NCBI GenBank assembly: GCA_021777105.1
Contig: JAIQZQ010000001.1
Coordinates: forward strand, 49,067-113,066
Direction of reading: 5' to 3'
Source: Candidatus Anammoxibacter sp.
Lineage (GTDB): Bacteria; Planctomycetota; Brocadiia; Brocadiales; Anammoxibacteraceae
DNA: 64,000 nucleotides
Made by a program: the position numbers and the translations under genes. Positions 20,342-26,628 of this stretch are shown in pieces; position 1 is the first letter of the stretch, and each line of letters begins with the position of its first letter. The notes under the pieces were generated by a model. That model ran no database searches. It saw only the letters and a list, made by a program, of their open reading frames with translations, and was not told the origin of the DNA.

Positions 20342-21616
20342 TCACAAATTCAGCTCTTTAATAAACTCCGCCATCTTTTCAATCTCAACCTCGTTCTCAT
20401 CGCCGGATTCCATATTTTTCAGTTTTGCCGCGCCTTTTTCAATCTCATCCGGGCCTACAATAAGCGTCATTTTAGACCCAATCTTGTTAGCCGTCCTCAT
20501 CTGCGCCTTTGTGCTTCGGTCTTCAAAATCCATATCCGCCGATATGCCCGCAGCTCTCAAATTATTCACAATGTTAAAGCAATCAGCCTTGCACTCCTTT
20601 GAGATCGACACCGCGTAAATATCAGGAGCAGGCCCGGCATTGTCGCCGTCGCCCGTAGCGGCATTTTTAAGCGCAAGAATGGAGGCCTCAATGCCCGCCG
20701 CAAAACCAACAGCCCCGGTCGGCGGCCCCCCTATCTCCTCAACAAGATAATCGTAGCGCCCGCCGGCGCAAATTGTGCTTCGAGCCCCAAGCGAGTGGTG
20801 AGTTATCTCGTACACGGTTTTCGAATAGTAATCAAGGCCGCGCACCAAATGGTCGTCAACCACATAATCAATACCGGACATTGAAAGAGATTTCTTAACC
20901 TCCTCAAAATGCGTAGCGCAACATGGACATAAATGCTCATGAATCGACGGCAGGTCCGCCGCAATCTTGCCGCATTTCTCCTCTTTGCAATCCAGCACCC
21001 TTAGGACGTTCCTATCCATCCGTTTATCGCACAAACCGCAAAGTTCGCCGCGTTGCTCCTCAAGCCTCCCCTTTAAAATATCCCTGAACCCCGGCCGGCA
21101 ATCATTGCATCCAATAGAGTTTATATTTACCGCAACATCATTAAGCCCAAGCCTGCTATACATATCCACCGCCACAATTATCGTCTCCGCGTCAAGCATA
21201 GGGTCGTCAGCGCCGATAGCCTCAACCCCCATCTGGTGAAACTGCCTTAACCGGCCAGCCTGAGGCCTCTCTTTTCTAAACATAGGCCCGATATAGTAAA
21301 ATTTCTGAAACTTCTTTGTTTTATGGAGTTCATACTGAACATACGCCCTCATAACCGCCGCCGTATTTTCCGGCCGCAACGTTAGCCCCGACGAATCCCC
21401 CTCCCTGAATGTGTACATCTCCTTTTCAACAATGTCCGTCACCTCGCCTATGCTGCGCACAAACAGGTTAGTGTCTTCAAAAACCGGCGTCCTTATCTCG
21501 TAATACCCCGCAAGCTCAAACACCTCCCTTGCAGTCTCCTCTATCCTTCTCCACAACCGCCAATCCTGAGGCATCATATCCTCGGTGCCGCGCGGAGCTT
21601 TTATTGTCTTTGCCAT
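20342..21616 (-). CDS. hisS: Histidine--tRNA ligase
   Basis: 424 aa. PRGTEDMMP start, RTPVFEDTNLF, class II motifs (FRKERPQAGRLRQFHQ), C-terminal anticodon-binding domain. Confidence 0.95.
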   Translation of the reverse strand: MAKTIKAPRGTEDMMPQDWRLWRRIEETAREVFELAGYYEIRTPVFEDTNLFVRSIGEVTDIVEKEMYTFREGDSSGLTLRPENTAAVMRAYVQYELHKTKKFQKFYYIGPMFRKERPQAGRLRQFHQMGVEAIGADDPMLDAETIIVAVDMYSRLGLNDVAVNINSIGCNDCRPGFRDILKGRLEEQRGELCGLCDKRMDRNVLRVLDCKEEKCGKIAADLPSIHEHLCPCCATHFEEVKKSLSMSGIDYVVDDHLVRGLDYYSKTVYEITHHSLGARSTICAGGRYDYLVEEIGGPPTGAVGFAAGIEASILALKNAATGDGDNAGPAPDIYAVSISKECKADCFNIVNNLRAAGISADMDFEDRSTKAQMRTANKIGSKMTLIVGPDEIEKGAAKLKNMESGDENEVEIEKMAEFIKELNL

Positions 21617-21957
21617 CTAAATTACCCGTATTTCAAATGTAATGAAAAATTATACTTACAGCGCCCAGCCGTTACAAGTCTAAAACGTTTTGCCACAGAG
21701 CCTTAAGTTTGCCCTGAACAAGCCATAAGTATATCAATACCGGCCACGCTTTTCAAACATATAAGGCAACTATTCATATCGTTTAAGCATATTGTTTTAA
21801 AATGATGAAAAAAGGCCTTAAAGGCGCAGTAACCATGAATCTTGAAGGACTACAAAAGCAAAAGGAAGGAAATCACAGGGCTTATCTTAACGGACCGGGC
21901 AAAAACAGCAATTTTGGTCAACCCTAACCCGGAGAAACCGGCAATTAGTCATTAAAG

Positions 21958-21997
21958 GCTGGAGCAGTCTTGCAGACTGATTCTAAACGTTTTTGCG
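21958..21997 (+). repeat. Hairpin + AAACGTTTT repeat family, copy 1
   Basis: gcagtcttgcagactgattctaaacgtttttgcg. Relatives at 25826-25861, 34954-34986 (reverse) and 63191-63232. Confidence 0.55.
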
Positions 21998-22170
21998 TTG
22001 CGATCTAATGAAACTTTAAATATCTTGTCAAATGTTTATATCCACTTTTAACAACCATGTCCTAACCAGCTCATATCCCGATTCAGTTGAAAAGAAAAAT
22101 ACAGATAATCTTGGCTCTACATTTATTTTCTCGATATGCCAATTGAGACACATCCAGTCAAGCAATATTT

Positions 22171-22290
22171 CTTTGCTCTTGTTTTATCCGTGAAAATCCG
22201 TGTCATCCGCGTTCCATGCATTTGCTTTTGCTCGGAGTTTATGCTGAGTAATTACGAAGCGCCCTTTGTTTCCACCGATTACCGAATACA
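22171..22290 (+). repeat. Mosaic intergenic repeat block R1 (short version)
   Basis: gttttatccgtgaaaatccgtgtcatccgcgttccatgcatttgcttttgc ... ccaccgattaccgaataca. The same modules in the same order occur in R2-R4. Confidence 0.7.
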
Positions 22291-22465
22291 AATGGGGCGC
22301 CATACCGTATGTCAAGCGGATTAATTTTGCCAATTTCTAACGAATGACCCGCCTTTATTTTTAATGTTTATTATATTTTGATTATCCGTTAAAATATTAC
22401 AAACGATGTGATTCAATGGATGTGTTGGTTCAGCGTGAAAATAATATACTTTTAAGGAGTGGACA

Positions 22466-22732
22466 ATGGCGTTAAAGCTGACAGAAAGCAGACCTGCAAC
22501 AGAAGACGAGAAAACAAGATCGCAGGAGTTTGCAATTGATGAACAATGGCTTTCAGAACATTCAAAAGACATTTGGGAAAAGTATAAGGGAAAATATATC
22601 GCAGTAGCCAAGCAGACTCTATTTGTAGATGACACATGGGAAAACGTCATCACTAAAGCGAAGGAAAAATACCCTCATAGAGAGCCACTAGTCAGACATA
22701 TTCCATTTAAAAGGAAAATTTTAGTAGTATGA
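22466..22732 (+). CDS. DUF5678-like small protein (partner of the retropepsin-like gene)
   Basis: WLSEHSKDIWEKYKGKYIAVAKQTLFV...AKEKYPHREPLVRHI fits my recollection of the DUF5678 consensus. The stop overlaps the next gene start. Confidence 0.45.
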   Translation: MALKLTESRPATEDEKTRSQEFAIDEQWLSEHSKDIWEKYKGKYIAVAKQTLFVDDTWENVITKAKEKYPHREPLVRHIPFKRKILVV

Positions 22733-23164
22733 TATTCCAAGGGAAATATGTAAATGAAGCCGGCATATATAGACCGTATATTAGCGCGGATTTACAGTCA
22801 CCGTCCAATAAATGGGTGATGATAGATTTCCTCGCGGATACCGGCGCAGATGAAACATTTCTCGACTATTCATACATTAAAAAATTCAACATTGATATGC
22901 ATGGAATAAATGTTAAAGATGATGTTGGGGGGCGTTGGAGGCTCAGGTGTCCCTTATTTCCAGATAGATTCGACCTTGAAACTTATTTCTCAAAGTGGAA
23001 CAAAAGTGTTTAACGGAAAAATAAATATTTTTCTTGATCCGTATTCCTGTGGAGCGCCAATACTCGGGCGAGATGTATTAGATAACTTTGTAACTATTTT
23101 CGACAGAAAACAAAACTCGATTTTTTTGCTTGATGAAATAGAACCTTATAAAATAGACCTTTAA
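22729..23164 (+). pseudogene. Retropepsin-like aspartyl protease, split by a frameshift in a G6 run
   Basis: Frame 1 (22729-23013) carries FLADTGADETFLD (a D-T-G motif). The C-terminal half, APILGRDVLDNFVTIFD, continues in another frame (22910-23164). The switch point maps to gggggg at 22927-22932. Confidence 0.6.
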
Positions 23165-23220
23165 GCCACATCAGCATTAAGGGTTCTCTCCGCCCCCCCT
23201 CCCGCCATTTGTAATTTATA

Positions 23221-23492
23221 TTCTTTCGCTTTTGTTTTATCAGTGAAAATCCGTGTCATCCGCGCCATCTGCGTTCCATCGCTTCTGCTTTTACCGATAA
23301 CCGATAACTTATTACCACTAACCTTGCTTTTGCCTTTTGCTGTTCTTTCGTGGGTACGTTTTTGCTTATATCTGTGTAATCAGTGAAATCTGTGGTTTGC
23401 TTTTGTTTTATCCGTGAAAATCCGTGTCCTCCGCGTTATCCGCGTTCCATGCATTTGCTTTTTGCCAACCGCCAATTGCAAACTGCAAATTG
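23221..23492 (+). repeat. Mosaic intergenic repeat block R2
   Basis: Contains the ccgtgaaaatccgtgtc module twice, plus accgataaccgataac, gctgttctttcgtggg, tctgtgtaatcagtgaaatctgtgg and gccaaccgccaattgcaaactgcaaattg. Confidence 0.7.
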
Positions 23493-23600
23493 AATTTTTC
23501 CTTTAATTTTTTGTATGAGTGATATTATAGTTGAAAAAAGAGAGCCATGATGCTAAGTTTAAGTCATCACGACTCATATTTGCATCAAAAGGAGGTATGC

Positions 23601-23855
23601 ATGAAAGCGTTAACAATTAGAGATATACCTAAAGAAGTTGAAAAAGTTATAAAAAAAAGAGCCGCCCGGAAAAATACGAGCTTGAACAAAGCTGTTATTG
23701 ATTTGCTTGAAGAAGCTACAGGCAAAAAGAGCAAAAAGAAAACGACTTACCACGATCTGGATTGCCTTTTTGGTTCATGGACTAAAAAAGAGGCTTCAGA
23801 GTTTGATAAAAACTTAAAAGAGCAACGCGGCATTGACAAGGAGCTTTGGGAATGA
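23601..23855 (+). CDS. vapB: VapB/FitA-like ribbon-helix-helix antitoxin
   Basis: MKALTIRDIPKEVEKVIKKRAARKNTSLNKAVIDLLEEA. aaaggagg RBS at 23588-23595. Overlaps the start of vapC. Confidence 0.65.
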   Translation: MKALTIRDIPKEVEKVIKKRAARKNTSLNKAVIDLLEEATGKKSKKKTTYHDLDCLFGSWTKKEASEFDKNLKEQRGIDKELWE

Positions 23856-24250
23856 GCAAAACCCTTCTCGACACATCCGCATATTCAGCTTTTATGAACG
23901 GAAATGAATCAGTAAAAAAATGGATACAGGAATCAGAAGAGATTTATATTAACCCGATTATTATAGGCGAATTAAAAGCCGGATTTAAAAAAGGCTCTAA
24001 AGAAGAGGAAAATTTAGATCAATTCAACAGATTTATAGAGTCACCCCGTGTAAACGCAATTTCCATAGATGAAGAAACTTCAGAGAGATACGCTATCATT
24101 TTAAACACGCTAAGGAATTCCGGCAAACCTATACCAACCAATGATATCTGGATAGCAGCCTGCGCCATGCAACATGGCCTACGCCTAATCACAACCGACA
24201 AACATTTCAATTATATTCCACAGATAATAGTTGCATACATCTCAAACTAA
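23846..24250 (+). CDS. vapC: PIN-domain toxin VapC
   Basis: LLDTSAY (first acidic residue), ...IGELKAG..., ...IPTNDIWIAACA..., LITTDKHF, about 130 aa. Coupled to the upstream antitoxin. Confidence 0.8.
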   Translation: MGMSKTLLDTSAYSAFMNGNESVKKWIQESEEIYINPIIIGELKAGFKKGSKEEENLDQFNRFIESPRVNAISIDEETSERYAIILNTLRNSGKPIPTNDIWIAACAMQHGLRLITTDKHFNYIPQIIVAYISN

Positions 24251-24290
24251 AACGGTTTAAAAACAAACAGAGCCGTCACTCTCCACCTTA

Positions 24291-24573
24291 TCCGCTTTTG
24301 CTTTTAAAATTAGTGAATATTAGTGAGAATTAGTGGTTAATTTGCTATTGCTTCTTGCTTTTATCCGTGAAAATCCGTGTCATCCGTGTCATCCGTGTCA
24401 CCTGCGTTCCATCGCTTTTGCTTTTACCGATAACCGATTACTGATTACCACTAACCTTGCTTTTGCCTTTTGCTGTTCTTTCGTGGGCATGTTTTTGCTT
24501 TTATCTGTGTAATCAGTGAAATCTGTGGTTGCTTTTGCTTCCACCTATTACTTATTACCGATTACCGAATACA
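24291..24573 (+). repeat. Mosaic intergenic repeat block R3
   Basis: attagtgaatattagtgagaattagtgg, ccgtgaaaatccgtgtcatccgtgtcatccgtgtc, accgataaccgattactgattaccactaacc, gctgttctttcgtgggc, tctgtgtaatcagtgaaatctgtgg and ccgattaccgaataca. Confidence 0.7.
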
Positions 24574-24795
24574 ACTTGAACGTTATTCTATATTTATATC
24601 TATAGTAGCTTATTTAAATACAAGAAATTATGTTTCATCTGAGGCAATACAATATTTAAATTGACAGTAATAAATTTGAAAGCAATAATAATCATACAAC
24701 AATTTATCTTTGCAACACAACCAAATGAATTAAAGACATATCCGTATCAAAAGACCTCAAAATTACAAAGAAAGCCCTTATAAAGGTGGATTTCG

Positions 24796-24990
24796 GTGAC
24801 ATTTAACGAGATTGTAAGATTACTTGAAAAAAACAATTTTAAGATTGTAAAAGAGAAAGGTTCTATTAGATACTACGGGAAAGTTGGTTGCGAAAAGTTA
24901 GTTCGCGTTGATTATCATGGTTCAAAAGAAGTTCCAAAAGGAACTTGCCATTTTATATTGAAATCCGCGGGAATAAGAAAAACTAATTAG
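24796..24990 (+). CDS. hicA: HicA mRNA-interferase toxin
   Basis: 64 aa, GTG start. FNEIVRLLEKNNFKIVKEKGSIRYY...VDYHGSKEVPKGTCHFILKSAGI is typical HicA/YcfA. Confidence 0.75.
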   Translation: MTFNEIVRLLEKNNFKIVKEKGSIRYYGKVGCEKLVRVDYHGSKEVPKGTCHFILKSAGIRKTN

Positions 24991-25001
24991 AAGGAGTTGA
25001 C

Positions 25002-25250
25002 ATGCTGGAACTTGAATATTCACTTATCATTGAAGCAACGGAAGAGCCTGATTATTTTGGGTTTTATTCTCCTGATTTGACCGGTTTTACCGGGATAGGA
25101 CATTCAGTAGAAGATTGTATTTACAAAGCAAAATGGGGAATGATAGAACACATTAATTTATTAAAAGAAAAAGGATTGCCCGTGCCGCCTAAAAGCGCAA
25201 ATCCCAAAATAACCATACAAAACGAAGAGAAATTAGCAATCCATGGTTAG
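25002..25250 (+). CDS. hicB: HicB antitoxin (short, UPF0150 type)
   Basis: YSLIIEATEEPDYFGFYSPDLTGFTGIGHSVEDCIYKAKWGMIEHINLLKEKGLPVP. Lies 11 nt after hicA. Confidence 0.75.
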   Translation: MLELEYSLIIEATEEPDYFGFYSPDLTGFTGIGHSVEDCIYKAKWGMIEHINLLKEKGLPVPPKSANPKITIQNEEKLAIHG

Positions 25251-25280
25251 CCTCCCCCTCTCTTTAGATCAACGTCTATA

Positions 25281-25533
25281 GCTTTTGCTGTTCTTTCGTG
25301 TAATTTCATGTTTTTCGTGGACACGCTTTCGCTTTTAAAATTAGTGAATATTAGTGAGAATTAGTGGTTAATTTGCTCTTGCTTATTGCTTTTATCAGTG
25401 AAAATCCGTGTCATCCGTGTTATCCGTGTTCTATGCTTTTGATTTTGCCAACCGCCAATCGCAAACTGAATCCCACTTTCCGCCTTTCACGCTTTTACCT
25501 CCACCGATTACTTATTACCGATTACCGAATACC
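25281..25533 (+). repeat. Mosaic intergenic repeat block R4
   Basis: Same module order as R3 (gctgttctttcgtg, attagtgaatattagtgagaattagtgg, cagtgaaaatccgtgtcatccgtg, gccaaccgccaatcgcaaactg, ccgattaccgaatacc). Confidence 0.7.
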
Positions 25534-25825
25534 AATGGACACACCTCCCATGAGCAAGCATCCCCCCTTCGCGCCATCACTACAAGACCTTACATTAATT
25601 GTCGCCATCTATAACCAACGTATTAATTACTCACGGATTACAGCATCAAAATATTTGTTTTTAATCATTTATTTCACACCGTAAAGCTTTTTATAATAGC
25701 CTGTCATTTTTATCACGCATATTTTATTCAAGTTTTTTTCTAGACAATAGACAAACAAAGCGCTAAATTTAAACACAAAATTATTTAAAATCCACAAACA
25801 AAAAGCAGATTACACAGATTAAAAG

Positions 25826-25861
25826 CTGAATCAGTCCTGCAGACTGATTCAAAACGTTTTT
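25826..25861 (+). repeat. Hairpin + AAACGTTTT repeat family, copy 2
   Basis: gaatcagtc-ctgca-gactgattc (9-bp stem) followed by aaaacgttttt. Confidence 0.55.
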
Positions 25862-26073
25862 GATTGACTATTACAATTGACCTTAAAACAAAATTTTGAG
25901 CATAAAAATTTATATTTTTTGTAAAAATCAAGGTAAAACCGCAAGCATTTCCTGAAATTATTATGTTTTTTGCAGGAACATCTTGATTAACAAGGATCAG
26001 ATTAAATTTAGAATTAATTTCTAGAGGAATGTTCAAAACAAAAATTCCATGAGCAAAGGGTATGAAAAGTTTA

Positions 26074-26179
26074 TAAATGAACACTTATCAGCTTGTCTGA
26101 TTTAGTGAGAATTATGCCTTGGAGGCTAAATGAACACTTATCAGCTTGTCTGCTATAGTGAGAATTATCCCCTGAGGGG
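26074..26179 (+). repeat. Two abutting copies of a 53-nt structured repeat
   Basis: Unit 1 (26074-26126) is taaatgaacacttatcagcttgtctgatttagtgagaattatgccttggaggc. Unit 2 (26127-26179) is taaatgaacacttatcagcttgtctgctatagtgagaattatcccctgagggg. Further copies at 53772-53824 and 13811-13862, both reverse. Confidence 0.75.
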
Positions 26180-26391
26180 ACAATTTCATCTTTAATTATA
26201 ACAAACGTTGACAGGTTGTTATCCTTAACAATTTTATATGATTTGGGTTAAAAAATTAACAAATTTAAAAACGGATAAGTGATTTTCAGAGTTATAAGGA
26301 ACCTGTAAATCACTTGTTGATAAGCGTTTGGAAGTTAACTTTTTCTAAAACTGTAAAGTTTGTCCAACAAACGGTTAGAAACAGTCGCTGT

Positions 26392-26533
26392 ATGGCGCGT
26401 TCCTCAACCGGGCATTAAATGCAATTACAAGGCCATTACGATTAAATATCTAAGAGCGTTTTACCATGTATACAGTCGAGGCAACGCAAGAGAAAATGTT
26501 TTCAATTGGGAACGATATAAAGCAAATTTTTAG
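26392..26533 (+). pseudogene. Remnant of an IS200/RayT-like Y1 transposase N-terminus
   Basis: ATG-GCG-CGT (MAR) is followed by a frame change, then ...AFYHVYSRGNARENVF...* in another frame. This matches the N-terminal (I)YHVxSRG motif of the intact gene at 32695. Only about 45 codons remain. Confidence 0.45.
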
Positions 26534-26628
26534 TAACGTTACAGAAAAGTTTTTGATAAGTTGAAAATATAAAAATTAAATACTTTATAATTGAGATATG
26601 ACTCTAATGTTTTTCAGGAGACTAGCCA

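Noticed and set aside
21617-22170. Gene content in the ~550-bp gap after hisS (for example a 41-codon ORF starting near 21802)
   Set aside because: Only a very short ORF without a convincing RBS or motif. The region otherwise contains a copy of the hairpin + AAACGTTTT repeat. It is left unannotated.
22136-22324. Small ORFs translated from repeat DNA (22136-22324, 24470-24664, 25364-25684, 25408-25614, 22321-22653 minus)
   Set aside because: Their sequences are the mosaic repeat modules read in frame (for example the recurring ...LLITDYRI... peptide from ccgattaccgaataca). They have no RBS or start context and vary with repeat structure.
22171-25533. CRISPR array or integron attC array interpretation of the mosaic repeats between the TA cassettes
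   Set aside because: The blocks are 120-290 bp, built of reiterated heptamer-like words, and separated by whole genes, so they are not CRISPR. I could not find the inverted R''/R' (RYYYAAC / GTTRRRY) core pairs or the overall palindromic symmetry expected of attC. No integron integrase is in the window. It is kept as a finding only as an unexplained cassette-like layout.
26074-26179. Possible mini CRISPR array (repeated ~53-nt units upstream of the defence-like module)
   Set aside because: The two units abut directly with no spacer, and they differ only by a few substitutions spread along the unit. Other copies are solitary. This is a tandem duplication of a dispersed structured repeat, not a repeat-spacer array.
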